Below, piece by piece: positions 49,941-58,791 of a stretch of DNA of 64,000 bases (position 1 is the first letter of the stretch; each line of letters begins with the position of its first letter). Below the pieces are notes generated by a model. The model was not told the origin of the DNA. It searched no databases and saw nothing but the letters and a program-made list of their open reading frames with translations. The DNA is from an uncultured Actinomycetes bacterium (GTDB lineage: Bacteria > Actinomycetota > Acidimicrobiia > IMCC26256 > JACDBD01): the NCBI GenBank assembly GCA_963768605.1, contig CAVYIP010000007.1, positions 44,726 through 108,725 of the forward strand, read 5' to 3'. The translations under genes and the position numbers were made by a program.

Positions 49941-50330
49941 CTATCGACTCAGGGCCTCGAGCATCGCCGGGGTGTCGATGTACGACTGGTACCGCACGAC
50001 CTTGCCGTCACGCAGCTCCCAGACGTGCACCTCGGGGACGTCGAACGAAGCGCCGTTGGCCCGCACGGTGCCGCGGGTACGGCCGGTCTGCACGACGTGG
50101 TCGCCGGCGGCGAACAACGACTCCGTCGTCACCTGCGATTCGATGTGCTCGACCAACGTCAGGAAGAACGTGAACACGCCGTCATGGCCTTCGTAGTTGC
50201 CGCCCCAGGGGAGCTCGGGGCTCTGCCAGATCACCGCGTCGGGCGCGAAGAGCTCCTGGATGACGCTCGCATCTCGCGCCGCGAGCGCGTCGTAGAGACG
50301 CCGGATCGCGGCGACGTTGTCGTCGGGCAT
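49941..50330 (-). CDS. SnoaL-like / NTF2-fold protein (ketosteroid isomerase-like)
   Basis: 130 aa. NVAAIRRLYDALAARD...FAPDAVIWQSP...VHVWELRDGKVVRYQSYIDT is typical of the SnoaL_2 fold. Confidence 0.75.
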   Translation of the reverse strand: MPDDNVAAIRRLYDALAARDASVIQELFAPDAVIWQSPELPWGGNYEGHDGVFTFFLTLVEHIESQVTTESLFAAGDHVVQTGRTRGTVRANGASFDVPEVHVWELRDGKVVRYQSYIDTPAMLEALSR

Positions 50331-50339
50331 GCCCAGACT

Positions 50340-50359
50340 GTCAGCCGGTCGAAGAGCGG
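50340..50359. repeat. Direct repeat copy B (GTCAGCCGGTCGAAGAGCGG); includes the stop codon and last codons of the L,D-transpeptidase gene
   Basis: See copy A. The spacing between copies is 467 bp. Confidence 0.85.
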
Positions 50360-51513
50360 GACGCGGGTCGGTGATCGGCGAGGGCTGGCCGGTCGGTGGG
50401 CTCAGGCGGGGTCGGCTGCGGCATGGGCGTCGACGAGGTGATGTTGGCGGGCTTCCCTCCGTACACGTGCACGGGGTCACCGCGGTGCACGAGATCGTGG
50501 AAGTACTCGGAGATGTGCATCGGGATCCGCACGCAGCCGTGCGAAGCAGGCGTGGTCGGCACCGAGTCGTAGCCGTGCACGGCGATGCCCTTGTTGAAGT
50601 AATACGGGTTATACAGCTGTCCGAGCGGTGACTTGTCCCAACCGGCGCGGAACTCGGTGTACGTGAAGTCGCCGGACGGCGTGTTGGCGTCCTCGCACAC
50701 GTGACTGGTCGGGTTCTCACGGGGCGTGTCGTAGCAGTAGTTCTCGCCCGAGCCCGACGACATGGTCGTGATGAGCTTCGGCTGGTAGTTCTCGTACAGG
50801 GTCAGCGTCTGTCCCGTGATGTCGACCTCGGTCCGGTTCGGCTCCGGCGGCGCCGCCATCGGGTCCTTGAACCGGAAGAAGCTGAGCGCGAACACGTCGG
50901 CGTCGTTCATGCGACCGCTCGGGTACCCGCCGCCGTACTTCTGGAGCGTCTGCGCCGCGTAGACGGTCTTCTGGTCGTAGACGCCGTCGACCGGGCCCGG
51001 ATCGAAGCGGATGTCGGCCATCCGCTGCTCGTACGCCTGCACCTCGGGGCCCTGCGCGCCGAGCCCGATCACGCCACCCGGCACCGGGGGCAGCGACGCC
51101 CACGGCGGCTGGATGATCGTCGTGGGCGGAAGGGTCGTGGTCGTCGGCGCCGGGGCCGTGGTCGTCGTCGGCGCCGGAGCGGTGGTCGTCGTCGGCTGGG
51201 CGCGCTTCGTGGTCTTTTCGTCGCGCAGCGCCGAGCCGGCGGCGGCGATGCCCGACACGAGGAGCGCCGCGATCACCAACGAGACCAGCACGGGGGGTCG
51301 AAAAACCTGCCTCAGGGTCGCTCCTGTCGCCGCTCGGAAGTGTGCGAATCGTACCGGGGCGGGTACGCCGGCCCGCGCACTCGGGATTCCGAGGGCCCTG
51401 CCCGGCGGTCGTCCAGGACGAGACTTGACCGCCCGGTCAAGGGTAATAGGGTGACGCCGGTTCCAGGAGCCGGACCGGGGGGTCGCCGTGCGGTTCTTCT
51501 CGTTCCACCTCAT
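50341..51513 (-). CDS. L,D-transpeptidase (YkuD) with peptidoglycan-binding-like domain; start uncertain
   Basis: PG_binding-like GAQGPEVQAYEQRMADIRFDPGPVDGVYD and the YkuD catalytic HGCVRIP. There is a TM near LVSLVIAALLVSGIAAAG, so the true start is probably around 51300-51400. Confidence 0.8.
   Translation of the reverse strand: MRWNEKNRTATPRSGSWNRRHPITLDRAVKSRPGRPPGRALGIPSARAGVPAPVRFAHFRAATGATLRQVFRPPVLVSLVIAALLVSGIAAAGSALRDEKTTKRAQPTTTTAPAPTTTTAPAPTTTTLPPTTIIQPPWASLPPVPGGVIGLGAQGPEVQAYEQRMADIRFDPGPVDGVYDQKTVYAAQTLQKYGGGYPSGRMNDADVFALSFFRFKDPMAAPPEPNRTEVDITGQTLTLYENYQPKLITTMSSGSGENYCYDTPRENPTSHVCEDANTPSGDFTYTEFRAGWDKSPLGQLYNPYYFNKGIAVHGYDSVPTTPASHGCVRIPMHISEYFHDLVHRGDPVHVYGGKPANITSSTPMPQPTPPEPTDRPALADHRPASRSSTG
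51131..51200. repeat. Tandem ~24-27 bp repeat, about 2.5 copies, encoding the TTTAPAP linker of the L,D-transpeptidase
   Basis: gtggtcgtcggcgccggggcc / gtggtcgtcgtcggcgccggagcg / gtggtcgtcgtcggc. Confidence 0.6.
51424..51441. promoter_or_regulatory. Perfect palindrome CTTGACCG-CC-CGGTCAAG upstream of the LLM/hydrolase operon
   Basis: 8-bp arms, ~45 bp upstream of GTG 51488, followed by TAATAG. Confidence 0.3.
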
Positions 51514-52659
51514 GCCCTACACGCAGCTGTCGCCCGACTACGACGGCCCGGCCTGGGTGACGTGCCCCAACGAGCTGTACGACCCGCAGCTCGGCCACGA
51601 GCTCTACAACACCTACCTCGACGAGCTCGTCTACGCCGAGGAGGTCGGGTTCGACGGCGTGTGCGTGAACGAGCACCACCAGAACGCCTACGGCAACATG
51701 CCGTCCCCGAACCTCATCGCTTCGATCCTCGCCCGGCAGACGAGCCGGATCCGGATCGCCGTCGTCGGCAACGCGCTGCCGCTCTACGACCCGCCGACGC
51801 GCGTCGCCGAGGAGTTCGCCATGATCGACGTGATCAGCGGCGGGCGCCTCATCGCCGGCATGGTCGTCGGCGGCGGGCCCGGAGTACTACTCGTTCTCGG
51901 TGAACCCCGCGCACGCCCGGGAGCGCTTCCAGGAGGCGCACGACCTCATCACGAAGGCGTGGACGACGCCGGGCCCGTTCGAGTGGGTGAGCAAGCACTA
52001 CCGCATCCGGTACGTGAACCCATGGCCCCGTCCGATCCAGCAGCCGCATCCGGAGATCTGGATCCCGGGCGCGGGCTCGATCGAGACGATGGAGTTCGTC
52101 GCCCGCAACCGCTACGCGTACATGGGCATCCCGTACTTCCACCTCGACGTGTTCAAGCGGTACTTCTCGATGTTCCGCGACGCGTGCGAGTCCGAGGGCT
52201 ACGAGGCCGACCCGCTCCAGGCGGGATGGCTCGTGCCCGATCTACGTCGCCGAGACCGACGAGCAGGCCCGGCGCGAGTACGAGGAGCACCTCTGGTACT
52301 TCGTGAAGCGGCTGCTGCCGGGGATCACGATCCAGCCGCCCGGGTACACGTCGGTGCGGTCGCTCGCCAGCATCATGAAGGCGGCCGGCACCTTCATGCT
52401 CAACGTGGAGACGTGGGAACAGATCGTCGACGGCCGCTACGCGATCGTCGGCTCGCCCGAAACCGTCACGGAGCAGCTCGTCGACGCGCTGAGTGCGTTG
52501 GGGACGGGCAACCTGCTCGGCTTGTTCCAGCTCGGCAGCCTGCCCGACCATCTCACGCGCAAGAACATGGCTCTGTTCGCGGAGCAGGTCATGCCGAAGC
52601 TGCGCGCCGAGTTCCCGGAGGGCAAGCCGGTGTACCGGCCGCAGGCGGCGGTGGCGTAG
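51488..52659 (+). pseudogene. LLM class flavin-dependent oxidoreductase; 2 frame breaks
   Basis: MRFFSFHLMPY...GVCVNEHHQNAYG...GGRLIAGMVVGGGP / NPAHARERFQEAHDLITKAWT...IWIPGAGS / KRLLPGI...AIVGSPETV lie in three frames. Breaks are near 51885 and 52235. Confidence 0.85.
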
Positions 52660-52661
52660 CC

Positions 52662-53474
52662 ATGCCGCAGACGCTCACCGAGGAGCGCGTCGACGCGCCC
52701 ATCGGCAAGATCCAGGTGTTCCGGGCCGGTTCGGGCGACCCGCTCGTCTATCTCCACTCCGCCGGCGGTGAGCCCACGAACCCGGCACTCGAGGACCTCG
52801 CCGACTCGTTCGCGGTGACGGTGCCGGTGTTCCCCGGCTTCGGCGAGTCGGAGGGCATCGACCAGATCGACGACATGGAGGACGCCGTCTTCCACCTCCT
52901 CGACATGTGGGAGCTGCTCGGGCTCGACGCGCCATTGGTCGTCGGCCTGTCGCTGGGCGGGTGGATGGCGATGGAGCTCGCCACGCGCTACCCGGAGCGC
53001 GTCGGGAAGATGGTGCTCGTGAACCCCGTCGGCATCCACATCGACGGCGAACCCATCGCGGAGATGTTCGGGCGCACCCCCGCCGAGCTTGCCGAGATGC
53101 TGTTCGCCGACCAGTCGCACCCGATCGCACAGGCGATGCACGCGATGTCCGAGTTCACCGGCGACGTCGGCCGGGAGGTCGAGATCCCGATCGAGATGGT
53201 GCTGCCGATGTGGAAGGCGATCAGCGCGACCGCCAAGCTCGGCTGGGACCCGTACCTCCACAACCCGAAGCTGCGCGGCCGCCTGCGCCGCATCACCGCG
53301 CCGACGCTCGTGGTCGCCGGCGCGCAGGACGGGCTCGTGCCCCCCGTCTACGCCGAGACGTTCGCGGCCGAGATCCCCGACGCGCGCCTCGAGGTCATCG
53401 CCGACGCCGCCCACTGGCTCCCCTTCGAGAAGCCCGCCGAGCTCGCCGCCCTGGTCCGGGAGTTCGCCGCCTAG
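52662..53474 (+). CDS. Alpha/beta hydrolase
   Basis: Intact 271 aa. Nucleophile elbow GLSLGG, a C-terminal D...H (AGAQDGLVP...DAAHWLPFEKP), and 2 nt after the LLM stop. Confidence 0.85.
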   Translation: MPQTLTEERVDAPIGKIQVFRAGSGDPLVYLHSAGGEPTNPALEDLADSFAVTVPVFPGFGESEGIDQIDDMEDAVFHLLDMWELLGLDAPLVVGLSLGGWMAMELATRYPERVGKMVLVNPVGIHIDGEPIAEMFGRTPAELAEMLFADQSHPIAQAMHAMSEFTGDVGREVEIPIEMVLPMWKAISATAKLGWDPYLHNPKLRGRLRRITAPTLVVAGAQDGLVPPVYAETFAAEIPDARLEVIADAAHWLPFEKPAELAALVREFAA

Positions 53475-54299
53475 GCGACGATCGTGACCGGGGTGCCGAG
53501 CGGCGCTTGGGCTGCGATCTGCTCGATGATGTCGTTCGGGACGCGGACGCAGCCGTTCGAGATGTTCTGGCCGACTTGGCCCGGGTTGCTCGTGCCGTGC
53601 ACGGCGAGTTGGCCGGGGCCGCCCTTGAAGGACGTCAGCACGTCCGAGTAGCCGGAGATGCCGAGCGCGAACACGCCGTACCCGGCGTTCGGCTGGCTGT
53701 GCAGGTCGAGCGGATCGGTGACGTAGAACTTGCCGGCCGGGGTCGGCGTCTTGTCGGCGCCGATCACGACGCCGGAATCGAGGACGGGCTGCCCGAGTTT
53801 CAGGAGCGTGAGCTTGTGCGCGCCGAGCTCGATCCTGATCTCGTAGTCACTCTTGCCGAGGGTGACGTCGCTCGCTTTGACCCAGCCGCTCGCGCCGTTG
53901 GGTCGGATCGGGAGGAGCACGTTGAGCCATCCGGGGCGGGAGCTCTGGTCGGTGACGAGGTAGGTGCGGGGGAGGTTGTACTCGGTCTTGTCCGACAGCT
54001 TGGTGACCGGCGTCGACGTCTCGACCGCGTCCTGGTACGCCGTGAGCTCCGGGACCTTCTGGGTGGCCGTGACCGCGCCCACGGGCACCGGGGCGGCGGT
54101 AGTCGCGGTGCGTCGTCGGTGCCGCGGCCTTCTTCTTGGGTGTGGCCTTGGCGTCGTCGCGCAGCAGCGCCCATCCCGCCACGCCGGCGACGGCGAGGAG
54201 GGCGACCACGCCGGCGGCGACGGCAGCCCGCATCCGGGTGCGGTGCTCACGCCGCTCAGAACGCGCGGAGCGAGGAGACGAAGGGGTTGTACCCGCCAT
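53471..54299 (-). pseudogene. L,D-transpeptidase (YkuD), second copy; one frame break
   Basis: The signal/TM (MRAAVAAGVVALLAVAGVAGW) is in ORF 53847-54299. The catalytic part (..LAVHGTSNPGQVGQNISNGCVRV) is in ORF 53471-54250. The break is near 54110. Confidence 0.8.
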
Positions 54300-54358
54300 G
54301 GGGTCCGCAGACTACCGAACAGGGACGAGGCGACAGGCGTCGCCCCGACCTCGCGGGC

Positions 54359-54538
54359 TCAGTTCCCGGCGTGCGTGGACTCCTGCTCGAGCAGCTGCTC
54401 GAGGGGGTCGCTGTCGGGGTTGATCGCGGCCAGACGAAGGTCGAGCAGGAAGTCGACCACCTCAGCCGCCGAGACGAGGTCGCGGCTCCGGTACTGCTCG
54501 AGTGCCGAGTCGATCATCGTCACCAGCGCCTCGCTCAT
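54359..54538 (-). CDS. Small hypothetical protein (59 aa from ATG 54538)
   Basis: Coding-like acidic helical ORF with no known motif. The listed ORF begins at 54595. Confidence 0.35.
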   Translation of the reverse strand: MSEALVTMIDSALEQYRSRDLVSAAEVVDFLLDLRLAAINPDSDPLEQLLEQESTHAGN

Positions 54539-54611
54539 CTCAGCCCCTTCCCAGTCGGCCTTCCGAGTGTTCAACGTACTCGGTCCGCGTTCCATACCCG
54601 TGTCACGTTTA

Positions 54612-54644
54612 TGACCAGGGTGTGAACGACGTCACCCCTGGTCA
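54612..54644. promoter_or_regulatory. Operator-like inverted repeat TGACCAGGGTG-N10-CACCCCTGGTCA
   Basis: The arms are 11/12 nt and perfect apart from one extra C in the right arm. It lies in the divergent region between the small ORF and the redoxin gene. Confidence 0.35.
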
Positions 54645-54677
54645 GCGGGGCGTTTCGACCCGAATAGCCTGAGCACG

Positions 54678-55133
54678 ATGCTCGCCGCCGGAGACCGCGC
54701 TCCTTCGCTGGTGCTACCCGACGCCGCCACCGGCGAATCCGTCACCGACCCGTGGCGGGAGGGCCCGGTCGTGCTGGCCTTCTTCAAGACCACGTGCCCG
54801 GTCTGCCAGATGGCCGCGCCCAAGGTGCAGGCGCTGGCCGAGGCGGGGGTGCGCGTCGTCGCGGTCGGCGAGGACGCGCCGCCCGAGATCCAGTCGTACG
54901 CCGAGCGGCACGGGCAGAAGGTCACCACCCTGAGCGAGACCGCTCCGTATCCCGCCTCGGACGCCTTCGGCATCGACACCGTCCCGACGCTCTTCCGCGT
55001 CGACGAGGACGGCACCGTCCGCGACGCGGTGGTGTCGTGGGATCGCGACCGGTGGAACCGACTCGCCGAGGCCGCCGGCGGCGCCGCAGTGTCCGACGAG
55101 GGCGACGGTCTCCCTCCGTTCCGCCCCGGCTGA
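54678..55133 (+). CDS. Thioredoxin-fold redoxin (TlpA/AhpC-TSA-like)
   Basis: VVLAFFKTTCPVCQ CxxC motif. 151 aa. Confidence 0.75.
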   Translation: MLAAGDRAPSLVLPDAATGESVTDPWREGPVVLAFFKTTCPVCQMAAPKVQALAEAGVRVVAVGEDAPPEIQSYAERHGQKVTTLSETAPYPASDAFGIDTVPTLFRVDEDGTVRDAVVSWDRDRWNRLAEAAGGAAVSDEGDGLPPFRPG

Positions 55134-55147
55134 AACAGCCGCAACGC

Positions 55148-55165
55148 CTGACCCGGTCGGGTCAG
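55148..55165. terminator. Hairpin between convergent redoxin and sufU genes
   Basis: CTGACCC-GGTC-GGGTCAG gives a 7-bp stem. Confidence 0.4.
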
Positions 55166-55178
55166 CACGCTCCGAGGG

Positions 55179-55670
55179 CTAGGCGTCGACCGACTCGCGT
55201 TCGTCGAGGCCCTGCTGGAGGGTGTTCCAGGCGAGGGTGGCGCACTTGATGCGCACCGGGAACTTCACGACGCCCTGGAGCGCCTCGAGGTCGCCGAGGC
55301 GCGCGCCCTCGAGCTCGGCGGTGAGGTCGGAGCCGTCGCTCTCGCCCTCGAGCTTCGACTCGTGGATCGACATCAGCGCCTTGAACGCGCGGATGAGCTT
55401 GCGGGCCTCGTCGACCGGCTTCCCCTTCACGGCCGAGCTCATCATCGACGTCGACGCCTGGCTGATCGAGCAGCCCTGACCGTCGATCTTGACGTCGCGC
55501 ACGACCTCGGAGTCGGGGTCGATGTCGAGATAGAGCACGACCTCGTCGCCGCACAGCGGGTTGAACCCCTCGGCCTTGGTGGCCGGAGGCACCGACAGCT
55601 CGCCGCGGTTCCGGGGCGAGCGGTAGTGGTCGAGGATGATCTCTCGGTAGAGGTCTTCGAGGCCGGGCAT
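55179..55670 (-). CDS. sufU: Fe-S cluster assembly sulfur-transfer/scaffold protein SufU
   Basis: LYREIILDHYRSPRN, NPLCGD, and IDGQGCSISQAS...KCATLAW Cys ligands. ATG at 55670. Confidence 0.9.
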   Translation of the reverse strand: MPGLEDLYREIILDHYRSPRNRGELSVPPATKAEGFNPLCGDEVVLYLDIDPDSEVVRDVKIDGQGCSISQASTSMMSSAVKGKPVDEARKLIRAFKALMSIHESKLEGESDGSDLTAELEGARLGDLEALQGVVKFPVRIKCATLAWNTLQQGLDERESVDA

Positions 55671-55684
55671 CGGGGACTCCGTTC

Positions 55685-56923
55685 TCAGATGGCGAAGAAC
55701 TTCTCGGCCTTGGCCAACGACTCGACGAGCGCGTCGGCGTCGCTCTCGTCGTTGTACACGTAGAGCGAGGCGCGGGTGGTGGCGGGCACGCCGAGCACCC
55801 GCATCAGGGGCTTCGCGCAGTGGTGTGACGCCCGCACGCACACGCCGTCCTCGTCGAGCACCTGGGCGACGTCGTGGGCGTGGATGCGGTCGAACAGGAA
55901 CGAGATCGCGCCGCCGCGGTGGTCGACGTCGCGGGGGCCGTGGATGTGCAGCCGGTCCTCGAAGCGCTCCTCGAGCACGCGGAGCGTGTACTCGGTCAGC
56001 TGCTTCTCGTGGGCGCGGACGGCGTCCATGCCCAGCGCCGAGAGGTAGTCGATGGCGGCGGCGAGACCACTGGCCTCGACGAACGGCATGGTCCCGGCCT
56101 CGAACTTCCACGGCACCTCGTTGGGCTCGAAGCCGTCGAAGCGCACGTCGGTGATCATCTCGCCGCCGCCGAGGAACGGCGGCATCGCGTCGAGCAGCTC
56201 GGCCCGGGCCCACAGACCGCCGAGACCGGTCGGGCCGAGCATCTTGTGGCCGGTGAAGCCGACGAAATCGGCGTCCCACGCCTGCACGTCGACCGGCAGG
56301 TGGGGGACGGCCTGGGCGGCGTCCACGTTCACGAGCGCGCCCGCCGCGTGGGCGGCGTCGGACAGCAACCGGATGTCGTTGAGGGTGCCGAGCACGTTCG
56401 ACATCGCGGTGACCGACAGCAGCTTCGCACCGTCGAGCAACCGGTCGAGGTCGGTGAGGTCGAGCTGGAAATCGTCCGTGATGGGGATCCAGCGCAGCTC
56501 GACGCCGCGCTCTTCGACGAGGATGTGCCACGGCACGATGTTGGCGTGATGCTCCATCTCGGTGATGACCACCGGGTCGCCGGGGCCGAGGTTCTTGCGG
56601 GCCCAGGAGTACGCGACGAGGTTCATCGCCTCGGTGATGTTCTTCGTGAAGACGATCTCGCCCGTAGCACGTGCGTTGAGCAGCTTGGCCACCTTGGCGC
56701 GAGCTCCCTCGTAGGCGGCGGTCGACTCCTCGGCGATCGTGTAGATGCCGCGGTGCACGTTCGCGTAGTGGTGGCGGTGGTGGTGCTCCATGGCGTCGAG
56801 CACCGCACGTGGCTTCTGGGACGACGACGCCGAGTCGAGGTACACGAGCGGCTTGCCGTTGACCTTGCGTTCGAAGATCGGGAAGTCGGCCTTGACTCGG
56901 CTGACGTCGAGGACCTCGGTCAT
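55685..56923 (-). CDS. sufS: Cysteine desulfurase SufS
   Basis: FPIF....GKPLVYLDSA..SQKP, NVHRG, FTGHKMLGPTG (PLP Lys), and RASHHCA (active Cys). The ATG overlaps the sufC2 stop (ATGA). Confidence 0.92.
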   Translation of the reverse strand: MTEVLDVSRVKADFPIFERKVNGKPLVYLDSASSSQKPRAVLDAMEHHHRHHYANVHRGIYTIAEESTAAYEGARAKVAKLLNARATGEIVFTKNITEAMNLVAYSWARKNLGPGDPVVITEMEHHANIVPWHILVEERGVELRWIPITDDFQLDLTDLDRLLDGAKLLSVTAMSNVLGTLNDIRLLSDAAHAAGALVNVDAAQAVPHLPVDVQAWDADFVGFTGHKMLGPTGLGGLWARAELLDAMPPFLGGGEMITDVRFDGFEPNEVPWKFEAGTMPFVEASGLAAAIDYLSALGMDAVRAHEKQLTEYTLRVLEERFEDRLHIHGPRDVDHRGGAISFLFDRIHAHDVAQVLDEDGVCVRASHHCAKPLMRVLGVPATTRASLYVYNDESDADALVESLAKAEKFFAI

Positions 56924-57700
56924 CCGCCGACCTCCGCGGTGCGGAAGGCGTCGAAACCCTCGCGCTCGAGATTGTCGGCGAGCTCGCGGCCGCCGGAGGC
57001 GACGATGCGCCCGCCGAGCAGGATGTGCACCGCGTCGGGCGTGAGGTGCTCGAGGATCCGCCGGTAGTGCGTGATGAGCAGGATCCCGAGCTCCGGCCGC
57101 GCCTCGCGGACCGCGTCGATGCCGCGCGGCGACGACGCCGAGCGCGTCGATGTCGAGACCGGAGTCGGTCTCGTCGAGCACGGCGAAATCGGGCTCCATC
57201 ACCGCCATCTGGAGGATCTCGTTGCGCTTCTTCTCACCACCCGAGAACCCCTCGTTGAGGTATCGCTCGATGAACCGGGAGTCCATGCCGAGGCGCTTCG
57301 CCCAGTCCAGGACCGCCATTCGGACCTCGAGCACCGAGAAGTCGTCGATGCCCTTCCGGGCCGACATCGCCTGACGCAGGAAGTTCAGCACGCTCACCCC
57401 GGGGATCTCCTCGGGGTGCTGGAAGCCGAGGAACAGCCCCCGGCTGGCGCGCTCGTTGGTCGACAGGGCGGTGACGTCCTCGCCCTCGAACAGGATCCGC
57501 CCCGCCGTCACCTCGTAGGCGGGGTTCCCGAGGAGCGTCGCCGCCAGGGTCGACTTGCCCGAGCCGTTCGGGCCCATGAGGGCATGGACCTCGCCGGCGG
57601 GCACGGCGAGCGACACTCCCTGGAGAATCTCCTTGCCCTCGACCGCGACGTGGAGATCGTCGATCTCGAGCACGGGGTCGGGGTTCGAATCCGAGGCCAT
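56920..57700 (-). pseudogene. sufC: Fe-S cluster assembly ATPase SufC (copy 2); one frame break
   Basis: GPNGSGKST, GLFLGFQHPEEIPGV, NEGFSGGEKKRNEILQM and LDETDSGLDIDAL. After an extra base near 57125 the C-terminus (RGIDAVRE..LLITHY..GGRIVASGG) continues one frame off and ends at TGA 56922-56920. Confidence 0.9.
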
Positions 57701-57705
57701 GGCCC

Positions 57706-57739
57706 GATTGTAATAACACTACGGACGTAGTGAAAATCC
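57706..57739. promoter_or_regulatory. AT-rich motif upstream of sufC2-sufS-sufU (GATTGTAATAACACTACGGACGTAGTGAAAATCC)
   Basis: It contains the perfect inverted repeat CACTACG-GA-CGTAGTG and shares GATTGT / CGTAGTG / AAAATCC blocks with 43924-43953. Confidence 0.4.
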
Positions 57740-57786
57740 TCGGTCGGTTCCGGCGTCTCGGCGGCGTCGACGGGGTCGTCGGGCAA

Positions 57787-58788
57787 CTACCAGCGGATCA
57801 GTGCACTCCCCCAGGTCATCCCGGCTCCGACGCTCGACAGGAGGACGAGGTCACCGCGCTGGATGCGACCTTCGCGGGCCGTCTCGGCGAGGCCGATCGG
57901 GATCGACGCTGCGCCCGTGTTCCCGTAGCGGTCGATGTTGAGGACCACGCGCGCTGGATCGATGTGAAGCTTCTCACCCACCGCCTCGATGATTCGGAGG
58001 TTGGCCTGGTGGGGGACGAACCACTTGACCTCGGAGAGGTCCACACCGGCGCGAGCGAGCGTCACGTCGATCGATTCGACGAGAGCGCCGACGGCGAACT
58101 CGTACACCGCCTTGCCCGTCATGTGGATCCGGTAATCGCCGCTGGCGACGACTTCGGGCGTGACGGGCATCGCGCTCCCGCCGGCGCGAATTCCCACGAT
58201 GTCGGTGAGGGAACCTTCGCACCCGAGGTCGGAAGAGAGGATCCCTGCGCCGTCGTCGACGGCCCGGTCCAGGACGAGAGCGCCGGCGCCGTCTCCGAAG
58301 ACGACTGCCGTGCCCCGGTCCTGCGGGTTGATGAAGCGCGAGTACGCCTCGACCCCGATGAGCAGGGCCCGGTTCACGGGGCTCGCGTTCAACAGCGCGC
58401 CCGTGACGACGAGCCCGTACACGAATCCCGTGCAGGCGGTGTTGAGGTCGAACGAGCCGCACGAGATGCCGAGCTCGCCTCCGACGAACGCGGCCGTGTG
58501 GGGCGCCAGCTGCGCCGGCGTGCACGTCGCGACCACGATGAGGTCGATGTCGGGCGGCGCGAGCCCTGCGCTGGCGAGCGCGGCGCGGGCGGCGTTCGTG
58601 GCGAGGTCCGCCGACGACTGCTCGGGTGCGACTACTCGCCGCGCGCCGATGCCGGTTTTCGAGTGGATCCAGCCCTCGTCGACGCCGAAGCGTTGTTCGA
58701 GCTCCTCGTTCCCCAGGACGGCCGAGGGAACGTCGGATCCCCATCCGGCGAAGTGGACGGGCGTTTCACAGGTCGACATGTCGTCCAC
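57787..58788 (-). CDS. fabH: 3-oxoacyl-ACP synthase III (FabH-like KAS III)
   Basis: Intact. Cys in LNTACTGF, His in VPHQAN, Asn in YGNTGAAS. Confidence 0.85.
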   Translation of the reverse strand: MDDMSTCETPVHFAGWGSDVPSAVLGNEELEQRFGVDEGWIHSKTGIGARRVVAPEQSSADLATNAARAALASAGLAPPDIDLIVVATCTPAQLAPHTAAFVGGELGISCGSFDLNTACTGFVYGLVVTGALLNASPVNRALLIGVEAYSRFINPQDRGTAVVFGDGAGALVLDRAVDDGAGILSSDLGCEGSLTDIVGIRAGGSAMPVTPEVVASGDYRIHMTGKAVYEFAVGALVESIDVTLARAGVDLSEVKWFVPHQANLRIIEAVGEKLHIDPARVVLNIDRYGNTGAASIPIGLAETAREGRIQRGDLVLLSSVGAGMTWGSALIRW

Positions 58789-58791
58789 CTT

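Noticed and set aside
49873-50359. The direct-repeat-flanked SnoaL unit as an insertion sequence or MITE.
   Set aside because: It has no transposase and no terminal inverted repeats, and the repeat is derived from the neighbouring gene's 3' end. It is reported as a possible cassette-like insertion footprint, not as a mobile element.
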